Shown here in pieces: positions 12,663 to 25,871 of a DNA stretch of 64,000 nt (position 1 is its first letter; every line of letters starts with the position of its first letter). Both the position numbers and the translations under genes were made by a program. Location: assembly GCA_051294375.1 (NCBI GenBank), contig CM119265.1:22072278-22136277 (forward strand). Direction: 5' to 3'. The DNA comes from Paraspadella gotoi. Lineage: Eukaryota; Animalia; Chaetognatha. The notes beneath the pieces are model-generated. The model did not search any database. It saw only the letters and a list, made by a program, of their open reading frames with translations, and was not told the DNA's origin.

Positions 12663-14684
12663 ATGTTAAATTTATGTTCCTTTTGCCGCGTCGCTCGTCG
12701 CGTAAACAGAGTTTCCTCCACCGACGTGGCCGTCATCAGTCACGGCGTCTTCGTCGTCAATGAAGACTCTGCTTCGTCGACCATCGAACACAAATCTTCG
12801 TGTTTTCTTTGCCAGGTTTGTGTTTATATTTGTATTCATATTGTATTCGTTTCTTATTAGATCGAGAGTTGACCTTCGTGTTCATATTCGTACCTTCTAT
12901 CGCAGGTTTGTTCCCTCAACCTCAATAAGGTCGGCGCTTTTCTCGTCTCCGCAAAAAACACTATTTCTGCTCTTCTTATTCTCGAGGAAGACGATGTCGA
13001 AATCGGCGAGACGGATTCTAAGAAAGTTAACGGCGTTTGCGCTATCTGCTTCTCGGCCGAAGATCAAGTGTTAAAAGCTCCCAAAGGGTATATCAATTAC
13101 CCACTATTTCAGTATACTATTTAAACCCAATTCTAATTTATTTACGATTTAATTGTTTTTCAGAAAATTCAAGTTGTGGTCCGCAGGGAAACTTAAAATG
13201 ATTCCGAGCCACGTGAATATTTGCGGCAGGTTCTTTTCTCGTCATTTTTTCGAGTCTTCTTTTCGATTTACAAGTTTCTTCTCAATTCTTCAGTTGCGCC
13301 GCGACCGTCGCGGAAGTGGGGAACCTGATCGCTGTTTGGTCCCGAAGTCCCAAAATATCTCTAAGAGCGCCAAACTCGGTACGCTTCTTCTTTGTCTCAT
13401 CAGTCTGTTACGTATTTAAACGATTGCGATAATAATTTTCCCCCCTTTTCATTTTCAGAATTTTTCATCGTCTATCCCTTTCACTCCGATGTCAATGTTT
13501 CTCACGCCTCCCCGAGCGCCATCGCCTATACCATTACATTCTTCTCTCGTCCCTGTTTCTGATTCTTCATCCAAAGAGGACCCGGGGAAACCTGTCATAA
13601 AAAGACGTCGGAAGTCTGTCAGGTCGACGGACGACGCCGAGGACGACGACGACGACGACGTTCGTTATATGTTGGCGCCCTCGACGACGGTATCTGGGCC
13701 TCTGGTCAGTCGCAAAAAAAATCCGAAATCCCCCTCCGTTTCGTTTCTCAGCGCAAAGACGAGCATTTTAAAGAAAAAGAAAAAGGTGGAGCTTCGCATC
13801 TGCGTTTCCCCGTCAAAAGAATCTTTAAAGCCTGTCGTCCCCTCGGTGGACGCAGACGCGGCCGCCGATGTCGCAGCTGCCATTTCTGCTCCCACCGAAG
13901 ATTCTGATTCGGCGGAGATCTGTTTGCGTTTGGACGGAGACGCCGTGGATTCTCTATTTGAACGGCGGGAGAACTCCGACTCCATCGTCGCCGACCTTTC
14001 GAACAGCGAGATCCTCGACGTGTCTTTGGTGGCAAAGGAATTGACGACGTCGAGAAAGAAGGAAAGAGTGAAAGCGATTAAGGAAAAATCTAAGAGGAAG
14101 AAAGATGTCAAGGTGTTGCAAATTGTACAAATCTAGAGTTTTATATACTTTAAACTATTTAAACGTATTTGATTGAAAAGCTGCTAAAACGACAGATGTC
14201 CGTATTTGCACTTGTTATCGTAGATGGGGGCTCAAGAGAAGACCCTGAAGATTGCGTGTAAGAAAAAATGCCTGAAGTCGTCGAAGCCCACTGGAACGGC
14301 GGCGAAAAGCAACGAAGTTAACGGCGGGAGGAAAGGCGCTACGAAAATTAAGACCAATGGAAAAGGTCGATCTGCTAGGAAACGTGGGGCGTCGGTGGCG
14401 TCCAGCGTTGAAGCCGCGCCCTCCGCGTCATCGATAGTCGTCAAACAAGAAGCGGAACCACATTCTCACAAATCCGACGATTGGAAAAAGTTAGTATTTT
14501 TGTTTGGTTCTTTTTTATTCCTTCAAATTTTTTGACCACTCTTCGTCTCTTTATCCCCTGCCCAAAACAGGAACCGGAAATACTTTTACGTCACTACAAA
14601 AGAACCGAAGGAGCCGGCAAAGAAAATAAAGATTTTTTACGACGAAGTAATATCAAGAAAGAAGTTCAACCCGACTTATTTTAA
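12663..14684 (+). CDS. Orphan nuclear-like protein with N-terminal CxxC pairs (ZAD/zf-AD-like) and a Lys/Ser/acidic low-complexity tail
   Basis: Spliced frame CSFC...CFLC...CAIC...ICGSC joined through GT-AG introns to ORF 13489-14110 and exons to TAA 14684; NLS-like KRRRK and KKKKK. The 5' exon structure is uncertain (see finding). Confidence 0.55.
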
Positions 14685-15054
14685 TTCTCTCTTAACTTTC
14701 TTTTTTACTAATATTAAAATGGACTGCTTCAGGGTCGCTGATTTGGCTTTATTTGATTTTTTTTTTTTTTAAATTAATTTACAATAAAATGAGATTGATT
14801 TTTTCAATAAATTAGCTGTTTTTAAGTTTCTTTTATGTAATTGCTTTTTTACATTATACTCGTCATACTTTTACAGTTTTTAGAGGTTAGCGAAGGTCGA
14901 CATGAATGAGCTGAGATTATTTTCGTTATTTTTTTGTTCTGATTAGCAGGTTGTGTGACGAACTTAATGAAATTGATATTTCATAATACTTCAAAGCTTA
15001 ATAAATTGGGTTCAATGAAAGTGATTTCAAAGTGGTTAAGTTAAGTTATTAACC

Positions 15055-17637
15055 ATGCCGACAAAAACCGTTGATTTAAAGCCCGATTTTTCTCTACTCA
15101 ATCCAGATTTCGAAGGTTAGTTTATTTTTTCTTTGTTCAGCGTACTGACAATGTCTTTACTAGATATATTTTTTTTGCTTAAGGATATAAACTCAGTTTA
15201 GAGTCTTTGCCCGTATACTCCGTCGCCCTCAACAATTCCCGATTGCCACTTCAGGTTCTTCTCAATTCCTCCCAATATTCAGGTACACAGCCTATCGTAA
15301 AATATATACTACTTAAAATTGCCAAAACTTTTATTTTTTAAGTTTTTACTTTTTCTTTTAGTTCAACATGTTAAGACCTACGGAAATCGAGACCTCTTGA
15401 CTTGGGACCCGTGGAGTCAGAAACTTATTTACTTAGACTCCAACGGTGGTGTGAACCAATGTGATCCAGAAAAAAATCCTCTCTCATTTCAACTCGTGCA
15501 TAGCCTCGTTCCACCCGCTAATGGTGATTCAATGACTCGTTGCATCTATTATTTCTGCTGATTGAAGTCTTTCCTCCTTTGGCTGCTTAACAATGAGTAT
15601 TTTTCTTTCCAGGATTCTCCGTCACGCCTTCCTTTTCTTTTCCATCTTCCGACATTGTTGTCGTTTCCGACGGCTGCGGATTATTGTTTTTCAAAAAGTG
15701 TGTCGACTTCTGGACACCACTCCACGTCTCCCCGGACGGCGCCCTTAAAGATTTGGTTGACGCCGTCTTGTTAGATTCGTTCGAGTCGACGCCGGAGAAC
15801 GCTTCTGCCGGCGACAGCGTATTGCGAATCGTCCATGTGGTTCTGCAACGCGTTAAAAGTTCCGACGCCGAAGAAAAACCTGGCGAAGCAATCGAGAGTC
15901 GAACTAGCGCCTTCGTCTCCCAGTTGGTCTGGTTGTCCTTTCGCCTTGACAAGGTAAAAGTGGCTTCATTAAACAATTAGCATTAGCCCGACCCGCGCGA
16001 TCCTCGACTTTCCTTTTAATTCTCTAGGATTCGCTTTGTACAGAGCGCGTTTTTAAGTACGAGTCGCTGTCTTCGGCCGACTTCGCCGCCATCGGCCGAA
16101 ATGGATGCTCGCTAACCGTGGCCAGCGCACGACCCTTCGTCCGAGTTTGTCCTCCTGATGAGTTGGAGAATACTGAAAGTAATTATTTTTAAAGTTTCGG
16201 CAAATAAAATGCAGTCAATATTCAAATTCAATCTATTTTGCTTATCTTTTTAGTTTTTAATGGCCAAAAGTATGAAAAAGCTTTCCCATTTTTTTCACAG
16301 CTGCTCCTTCGACCGTCAACGAGTCGTCGGGTTACATTTGGAGTCAAACGGCAGACGATTTGACGATTTCTTTCGGCGTCGGACCCGACGTCTCCAAAGC
16401 CGACATAGACTTCGCCCTCAACGCCTCTAACGTGGAGATTAAGCTCAAAGGCGAGAAGACGCTTCTTAGGTAAATATTCTCATGGTTTTTTTTCCTGAAA
16501 AAGAATAATTCGTTTTTATTTGTCTTCGAACAGCGGACGTCTTCACGGAGCGATCGAGAAGGACGCATGCGCGTGGACTTTGGCGGATTCGATGTTAGAG
16601 GTTACGCTGGCAAAGGGTCAACTCTGCGTTTGGGAGAGAGTAGTGGAAGGTATTTATTTGCTTTTAAATCTGGGAACTTACCTTATTCCATTGTTAACTC
16701 ATCTCCACTCCTCAACAGGCGATTCGACGCCTGAAACTCTTTCCCATTCGACTGACGCTGTCGCTGTTCACGAATCCCTAAAGCACCTGACTACCGAAAC
16801 GTGGGGTGCCGATCCCGATGTCGGAAATAAGGGTGAGTTGTCAACTTCTCGTTTCATTAAACTCGCCTCATTTAATAATTGATCTCTTTCGTCTTCGAAG
16901 CATACAACGCCCAAGAGCTGGAAGACTGCGATTTCGGCCTCGAGGAATTCGCTACTTTGTCGACGTTCGGCACCAACAGATCTTCTCCCGAAGTTCAGTG
17001 TTCTATTGCGGCCAACCAGGTTCGACTTTCGTTAAAAAAAAATAAAATAATAAATTCGCAGGTGGAAAATACTATTTCATTGGGCAATCGATCATTTATT
17101 TCTCTCCAGTTTCTTTTCTCCACGACGACGTCTCCCGGAGATTCGCCCGCCCTCTGCCTTCGTCACGACGTCGACGGCGTCCTCTGGCAGCCGACGATTG
17201 GCGCAGAATCGGCATCGAGGCCCTTTAAGCATTTGGGTAGTGAAAGGCTTTTTCAATCGTGACTCGTCCAATTGTCGTTCAACCTTTTTCATTTCACGAC
17301 AGCCACCCTCCATGCCTTCGGATACATCAGCGCCTCGAAGGCGAAGCGTCGATTCTTGACGGCGGCCAACGACTTCTCTTTCGCCGTCGTCGCCGACGTT
17401 GACCACCACGCCTATGTTTATCGTCAGGATACAAAGCTGGAGAATGCGGATCTGAGAAATCGAAAGAGCGGAAAGCGACTGACCTCCGTAGCGCAGCAGC
17501 ACGTCGTCTCACTGAAAAACGCCGACGAGATACTGGGAGTCGTCGCCGTCGCCAAACGACTCTTCCTTCTCACGTCCACCTCACTGTTAAAAGTCGCCGT
17601 CGGAGAAACGATGGCCTGTGATTCCGGACTCTTGTGA
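15055..17637 (+). CDS. NUDCD1: NudC domain-containing protein 1
   Basis: LLNPDFEG|YKLSLESLP N-terminus, CS domain (YIWSQTADDL, CAWTL..LEVTLAK), YNAQELEDCD, LRHDVDGVLWQP, AFGYISASK. Confidence 0.9.
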
Positions 17638-17791
17638 TTCTAATTGATAAATTGCTTTATTACTAGCGAATTTTACTTACCAAATATTAAGACAGTTAAA
17701 ACTTGCGTACGTTCATGAATTTCAATTAAGTTTTAATTATTAATGATTAGAAATGGAAAATAATTTCGATACGCAAACCTTGGGCGAAACG

Positions 17792-18769
17792 ATGGACCCG
17801 GATGTTATGTCAAGCTCATGGTTGCCTTCCTTTGAAACTTGCTGTTACATTTTCTTATTCATCTGTCTTATTGGTAAGACTAGCTGACGAAGAAGCTTGC
17901 CTCCTGATCTATCGGTGGAGTCACGTATCATCGCTTTTCAGTGGCAATTTGGTGGAACAGCTTAATGCTGTCGGGAGTTGACGAATACCGCCGACGCAAA
18001 ATCGGAGTCGAAGTCCGAACGCTCATAGTTGCTGGATCGGGCGGGCACACCTCAGAAGTTTTGAGATTGATTTCCGGCCTTTCTAAACAGTAAATCAATT
18101 TTTTTAAAGAAGCAAATGGTCCTTTAATACACAAACTGATAACAAGTGATTAAATGTAAGCCTAATCCAAATGAAGGTATTATCCTCGAACTTACGTGGT
18201 CGCCGGAAGTGACAAGACCAGTCCCATCAAGATTCGCGGGTTCGAGGCGAATTACGACAAACACGAGGGTCGCGATTACGACATTGTCACAATCCCTCGG
18301 CCACGCGAGGTTCTTGATGTCAATTTGTGGCCACAATTACTTTATAGTTTTTTCGGCTGTCTCCTTCTAGGTCCTTCAAAGTTGGGCGACTTCTCTCATC
18401 ACGTTCATTTACGCCACATATGCTTCCATTCCTGTCATTGTCCGAGCGCGACCTGAATTGATAATTTGCAACGGCCCCGGAACCTGCATTCCCATATGCA
18501 TCGTCGTCGCGCTTTACCGAATCTTAAGACTAATTGAGGTCTGTGAGAGAAAAGTTTTATACTTTTGCCAATTAGGGGTTACTTTATATTGACCGTTGAC
18601 GTTTTCATAGGGAAAAGTGATATTTGTGGAGAGTATTTGTCGCGTGAAATCGATGTCTTTTTCCGGGCAAATACTTTATCACGGAAGACTCGCGCACAAA
18701 ATCGTCGTTCAATGGGCCGATTTGCTGAAGGACTATCCGCGGGCGGAGTTTTTCGACCGACTCGTTTGA
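17792..18769 (+). CDS. ALG14: UDP-GlcNAc transferase subunit ALG14
   Basis: N-terminal TM, LIVAGSGGHTSEV, IPRPREV, ICNGPGTCIPIC, IFVESICRV, VVQW; four GT-AG introns. Confidence 0.92.
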
Positions 18770-19069
18770 CGATTGAAAATTTTATGAAGACGTTTTTATC
18801 GTCCAAATTAAAACTGGATATTTATTGCGAATCTGATTTTTTTTTTTTTTTTTTTTGGTATGTTTATAAAAATTGTTATTTTTGCTGTTACGGCAAAGAT
18901 TATGTAGGGAACAAAATTTTAGGCACAAAATAAATTATCCTCCCCGTCGCCAAAGACTAAGGATGAAATTCAATTTTCTGTGAGAAAAAGAACTGAGGAT
19001 CCGATTGCGATTCCAATCCTAACGATACAAAGAAGTTTGCGCTGACTTTCTCTGTGAAGTTTGAGCTGG

Positions 19070-20749
19070 ATGGAATTCCGCAACAGCCTTCTCATCAACG
19101 GGCTGGAGTGTTCGTGGGACTCGTCCGTCGCAGCCACGCTTCCGGGAATCGCCCCATTTATCTCGATCCTTCGTCTGCGTCGCAACTCCGCCAGGAAGAT
19201 GCATTACCCGTCGAAATCGTCTTCCACCACGTCCCTTCGCCAGCAGGGCTTTCACTCCATCCACGACGACGAAAGAGGCGGCGTCGGCGGCGGCGGCGGC
19301 GACTCCGAAATGACCAAACGAACTCAGAGCTCCATTCAGTTAACCGACGTAAAAGCCTCGACGTCTTTCCTTCCTTCGACGCCGCCGGTGCCCATCGAGC
19401 GAACGGATGGGCATTGTTGTGGCGTCATCTCGACGGCGCCGGTTGGTGAAGTCGTCGCAAACGAGACTATGGATACCAAAGCTGCGCGATACATCTGCTC
19501 ATGCGTGGTTGAACCAAAGATTATTCTTTATCCAATAGACAAGGCGCCCCGATTCGTTGTCCACAACCTTTACATATGGACAGGTATTTTATTTCATTGT
19601 ATCTCATTAAGGCAGTACTTAAACCGGATGAGATTTCGAAATTGTAAAACTACAAGAGTTATTCGATTTTAGGATATCGTGCCTATCTACCTTACAAATG
19701 GTGCGCGAAATCAATTTTTATCTGGTCAAATGAAACTTTGAATATATGGACCCATATCGCTGGTTAGTTCCGACTCCGTTACTTAAACACAAAAAAATGC
19801 TAATTTTATCATTGTAAGCTAAAATATTTTTCTCAGGTTTACTTCTTTTCATGGGCTTAACGCTGTACGACAACCTCGTGCTGCTTCCTGAGTTCAAGGA
19901 CGTCGTTTCCATGATGGAATTCATCATTGGGAACGTCTCCCTCCTCTGCTTCCAAATTTGTATGGTCATGTCGATATGTTTCCACGTATTTTGCTGCCAC
20001 AGCGAAAAACTCAATCAGGTAGGTAGAAGTAAACGGCTTCATCTATTTTCCTGACAAATAGAGAGACCTTTTTACCACACAGCATTGGTTGGCATTGGAC
20101 CTCACCGGAATATCCGCTGCCATTCTCGGCTGCTATCTTCCGGGAATATATTACGCATTTTTTTGCTTCCCGCTGTGGCGAGACATTTATTTGCTCATCG
20201 TTGTCATTATACTCTTAATCACGCTGCTTTTGCCCTTCGTCCATAAAAATTATCTGGTGAGGGCTTCGTCAGCCGACGCAACAGAGATACTGGGTTCATT
20301 AGAGACGTTAATTAAATTCTTTTCCCGTTTTCAGAGCTCTAAGTTCGCGAGAATGAGAACGACTCTTTACGTAGTCACTTTGCTTTATGGATTGATTCCG
20401 GCCATTCATTGGATAATTCTCATGGGTCAGGACTTGGGGCGAATTTGAGAATGAGAGAGACCGCATTAATTCCCCATTTTTTTCGGCAGGTGGGTTTTCA
20501 TCCTCTTGGGTCCAGATTTACTTTCCTAAACTCGTCTTCACTTACCTCATCGGCGCCGGCGCCCTGGCTTTTTACCTATCCGAATTCCCCGAGCGCGCCT
20601 TTCCTGGCCGCGTAGACTTTTTCGGCCACTCCCACCAGTTCTGGCACGTGCTCATCGTGGGCGCGCTATACTATTGGCACGAGGCTGGCATCTCCTTTAT
20701 GAAGAAGAGGCTAACGGAGGAGTGCGTCGTCAACGGGACGTTGGGATAA
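19070..20749 (+). CDS. PAQR3: Progestin and adipoQ receptor family member 3-like (start could be ATG 19199)
   Basis: NLYIWTG|YRAYLP, SNETLNIWTH, FHVFCCHSE, LDLTGIS, FPERAFPGRVDFFGHSHQFWH. Confidence 0.9.
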
Positions 20750-21578
20750 AGGAAATGAGCAATTTGGATGGATTTTTAATACTACTGGTCATAGCCAATT
20801 CTACTACTTTTTATAATTCTGCTAGTGACTATTTTTAATTTCATTCGAGTTGTAACCGATTCGTTAATTTTTTTTTTTTTTTTTCGACTAAATTCTACTA
20901 GATGTTTAATAAAATTGTTGGGGCGGAAGAGGAAACTGTGGGCGATGCAATGAATCTGCGTGTCAGAATCACAGGTCCAATTGAATTCTGTCCGATGTAC
21001 TCTTTGTCGTAAGCACAATTTTCAGTATTGACTATTGTCTTAATCACCGAGCCAGAGTTTTTACTTGGAGATTCATCCTATCATTTACTACAAATTGAGC
21101 CGTTTTATTTCCGTGTTGTTAAACGTATATAATGAACTAATTTATATCAATCTTGTTAATCTGTTCAGTTTAAGTCGATCGATTTTGTTTTCCCAGTACC
21201 ATTGCCACTTTTATAATCTTATGCATTTCTAATTAGGTTTAGTCATTTGATTTATATTTTATAGCCGTGAAATCAATTAAACCGATGCATTGCAATTTTT
21301 ACTTATATCATTTATTTGATTCTCTCGAAGAAACTATTATAATCTAGATTGAATACATTATATCTTAATTAACGAAAGCCGAGATTTTTTTACTTCCCAA
21401 ATTAATTTTTGTAACAATAATTATTTATGATAGTAATTTATTCTTTTTAACACAATTATTTTTCGATACTCGTTTTAGGAATTAGGATGAAGCGAAGCGT
21501 GATACTTTCCAATCAAAATTAAGCTAATGTAGTTAAAAAAAAATCTTCCCTTGCCCGAGCGCAAAAAAAAGGTCCGAA

Positions 21579-24500
21579 ATGGCCAATCTTCGATCGGGGA
21601 GTCCAAAGCGGGAAAACCCTTTTAATACATTTCCAGGTGCCTAAAAATACTAGCTTTTTTTATTTTTAAAGACAAAATTAGTCATCAATTCCGTTGTAAA
21701 ACAAATAAATACCCGAAATACAAATTATCTATTCTATTAGATTCTGGCGTAGTCGACGAAGATTACGGCGAATCCGAAAACGGACTCTTGATCGACGATT
21801 TCGGTCTTTTCGACGGTAAGTTGCTCTCGTTTCCATGACAATTTGATTTTCCTTCCTGTTTTCTGTTTTACTAACTCAGGTTTTCCGACTCCGATTGACC
21901 GGGCCATTCCGGTGATCGAATGCGGTACCGCTTCTCACCACGACGACTCCATAGAGCAGGAAGGCGGCCGCATTTTTAACCGCCTACTCCGACCATCGAG
22001 TCCCAACACGTCCTCCACCCCGATGGCCTCCACTCGGCCCCGCCTTGTATTCAAGGACGATCAGGAAGATGGTGATATATATATATATATTATATATATA
22101 TTTAGTAATCTCCCACACTATTAATCTCTATTTCTGCACTCAGATGACTGCGACCTCTTGTGCCCTGTGGACGCGCCGTTGTTGGGCGAATCACTCTCTT
22201 CGTCGACGGAGGGAGAGCGGCGGCCTCACTGTCATCCTCCGCTCAAACTCTCCCGGAGAAGAGAAAGGCGAAGATCCAACTCGTCGTCACCTCAACCCTC
22301 TGCTTTATTTTTATGATCGGAGAAATCGCGGGATTATTCAACGCTTGTTGTGAATCATAAATTTGGAAAATGTAACTCTCTCGGTTTCTGAGTAGAAGAA
22401 GAATAGAACAAGCTTCGGTCGGAGAAATGTGCCGGAGGTCAAAAATCGGCCATGTCCGGCAATGTCACGTGCAACTGAGTGATAATCAAGTAAATGTAGT
22501 AACAAGAACCAAAAAGCACAGGAAATAAAACTGTAAAGCAAAATGAGGCACAAATCATAAGTAAGGCACATAATAAATTAAACGTTAAATTAAAAAGACC
22601 AAATATGAATGTCTATGAAAAAGTTCATGAGTATGAGTTCATGAATCGCAGATGAACGGAGGCCGACGATCCTGAAGGAGAGAAGGCACGAACGTAACCG
22701 TAACAAGAATACCAAATATTAGTTCAAAATTTACATATTACAAGAATTGAAACCCTTAGTTGTACTTTGTTTGTTACGCTCTCCATAATCTATCCCCACA
22801 ACAGGCGGCATCGTCGCCAACAGTCTCGCGCTTCAAACGGACGCGGCGCACTTGGCCTCGGACCTCGTCGCCTTCCTCGTCAGCCTTTTCGCGCTTTGGG
22901 CGTCTGGCAAACCGGCCACCAAGAGAATGTCCTTCGGCTTTCATCGAATCGAGGTAAGGTCCCCTGTGTGGGTGAGGTCGTTCGGAGGGCGGATCCAGTT
23001 GCGTTGGTAATGGATGCTGTTTTGAATTAAGTGTTGTGAGAGCTTTTCCTGCCTGTGAGATCATATTTGCAGATAATGAAGATATGATTGAAGGGGGAAT
23101 CTTTCGAGGCCCAAAGTTCACGATCTCGATCGATAATATTTCTGTCAATATTCAGTGTGGATATTTTTTTTATATTTTACTCAAGAGTACCCTGAAACCT
23201 CTTGATCTTTTTGGAAAAGTTTTAAAAACTACTTAAAGAAACAAAATCGAAAGAAAGAGGAACAAATTCTTTTTCTATCTGTATCTCTCTTTCTATCTTT
23301 CTGTCTTTCTGCATTGTCACGAACCCTTTATCGACTCGAGCCAACTTTTATTTTCTGTATCCACGAGATTTTGTTCCGGTCTGGTGAATATTTTTTCAAA
23401 CTTCCGCCTTTTTTCATGCTTTTAACAATCTCGTGGGATTTGGATTCCTCTGAGGGAACTAAACTTGCTTATAAGGGAAACCTTTTCCTTCGATGGAAGT
23501 TCTCTTTCGCCTACGAAAAAAAAATTAGATGAAAAAAAATCGAGCTCAGTATTTCTCTTTGACAAACAAAACATCGATCTTATTTAACTAAGTTAACTCG
23601 ACCCTGTGAAATGTGTGAACTGGGTCCGAGGGTGTTAAAGAGATTACGTATTTTATTTTCGTAAACTGCCGTTCTTGCACCAAGAACCAAAAATGTTTAA
23701 CGGTAAGTTTTGCCTCGTTGAAGTTAAAAAATATTCTCTTACAGGATTTTATTTTATTATTATTAAAGGTCCTCGGCGCCCTCCTATCCATCGTGATGAT
23801 ATGGATCCTCACGGCGTTCTTAGTCTTCATGGCGGTGGAGCGGATAATCCATCGCGACTACGCCATCGACTCCGACGCCATGATCATCACCGCCGCATGC
23901 GGCGTCGCCTTCAACGTCATCATGTGCATCGTTCTCCATTGCGATTCGTGCGCGGGGGAGATGGGTCGTCTGCTTAAACACGGACACAGTCACGGGCATG
24001 GAGGTAAACAAAAAGGCCGTAATAATAGAGAAACAAACTATAAAAAAAATTATTTTCAAATCCAAAGACTTCCCTCAATCCTCAGGTCACGCTCACAAAT
24101 CCTCCGCCCCCGATCGGCGTCAACTTCTCGGCAACTACTCCTCCCGCGACGTCGGTCACTCCAGCTTGCACGACCTCGAGGACGACGACGCCGAATCCGG
24201 CACCGTCTCCTCCGCTTCCGGCAACGCCCCTTCTCCCGCTCGTCCTGCAGCCCCCGATCTCGTCGACAACCTCCCCGGCCCGACTCTCGATGCCCCCCCG
24301 CCGGCCCTGGCTTTTTCCGGCGCAGACCGCCCGCCCGCCCGCTCCGAAAGAAACATCAACGTTCGAGCGGCCATTATCCACGTCATCGGCGACTTGATTC
24401 AGAGCGTGGGGGTTTTGGTCGCCGCTTACATCATTAAATACAGGGTGAGTAATCGTCGTTCTGCCCTTAAACGAATTGAGAATTGTTCTATATTAACATC

Positions 24501-25415
24501 TCTCAGCCTGACGATTCTTACCTCGTCGCGGATCCCATCTGCACTTTTCTCTTCTCCGTCCTCGTCCTCGCCTCTACCATTTCCGTCCTGAGGGACGTTC
24601 TCACTGTGCTCATGGAAGCCACGCCGCGGGACATTAATTACAACCAAGTGAAAGCCGATTTGGAGGCGATCACAGGTAATATAAGACTTATAATTAAATA
24701 AACAAGAACGGTAATTCCAATGTGTTGTGTTAGAGGGTGTTGTGGGCGATGCACCGCAGCGACTTTATTTTAATGTGGACTTCCCTTTGATCACATGATA
24801 TGACATGACATGACATGACTTTTTTCGCCTGTATATTTATGACATGTACTGCATTAAAATTCCGTATTTTATTCCTTAGTTTTAGGAATTCCCGAAGGCG
24901 GCGCTAGCAGTCCATTAGATTTAAGGTTTTTTCTGTCTTAACAAATGAGTAACTAACGATAAGCAAATTATAATTTATATGCATTTTTAACGTAAGTGGG
25001 ATGTACCGACCGAAAAGTGACTTATAGAGTTGCTCCGCGAGTACTCGCAGCTCAACTAAAAAATAAAGTAAAGGCCATTTCCTCGTATCTTTTCTCTCCT
25101 TCGACCTTTAGGTGTACGACACGCCCACTCCTTGCACGTCTGGAGTTTGACGCTCGACAAATACGCGTTGGCCGTTCATCTAGGCGTCAATGCCGCCTCT
25201 GACAAACAAGGCATATTAAATAAGGTAAACTTAATACACGAGGAGAACGCCTTCATTTGCAGGTAACCACGCCATCTGCCACTTCCATTTTTTTTTTTTG
25301 CCAGGCTTCTCAGCTCCTTCAGCAAAAATACAACATACACCATTGCACGATCCAAGTGGAAGACTTCGAGGAGTCAATGTCGTCTTGCTCGAGATGTGTT
25401 GGGCCGAAAAAATGA
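21579..25415 (+). CDS. SLC30A2: Cation diffusion facilitator zinc transporter (ZnT2/3/4/8 group) with a long N-terminus; one apparent frameshift near 22255
   Basis: HCH motif, FMIGEIAGG..SLALQTDAAH, MSFGFHRIEVLGAL, His-rich loop HGHSHG, NINVRAAIIHVIGDLIQS, ADPICTFLFS, LMEATP, HSLHVWSLT. Confidence 0.88.
24990..25070 (+). mobile_element. 3' end of a Helentron/DINE-1-like non-autonomous element
   Basis: GACC repeats, then AAAAGTGACTTATAGAGTTG-hairpin-CAACTAAAAA; same layout as 56170-56240 and 58915-58985. Confidence 0.55.
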
Positions 25416-25871
25416 AATCGGCTTCCATTGGACTCTTCTCGTTTCTACTTTGTCTTCCACTTTAAGTCTACAAAAAACAAAACAAAAAAATCACTGGCTT
25501 TCGCTTGGAATTGGATCCTTTTTAATATTATTCTCTACTAATCGCTTCTCTTACAATTTTTTTTAGATTTTTCTATTTTTAAATAGTTTTTATCCTAGAA
25601 TCCGAGGTCGTCGCATCGAATTCACTCGACGTTTTCGAAAATTGACCGACCTGTTTGGGGACGAATATGAACACAAATTTATATGACGCTCTTGTTAAAA
25701 AAATTGCTTATATATTTTTTTACGAAAGCACCACAACCATATTCGGCGATAAACTCGAACTCTCCAGTTGAATTTTGGTTCATCTTTTTACAGTTATATT
25801 GAGAAACAATAGTTATAGCTAAACCCCTAAATAAATTAACTTTACCACCGACACCAAAAAGAATTTCGACG

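Noticed and set aside
14895-14950. SECIS element for the TGA at 12870
   Set aside because: The ATGA..TGAT stem is weak, off-register and lacks the apical AA motif
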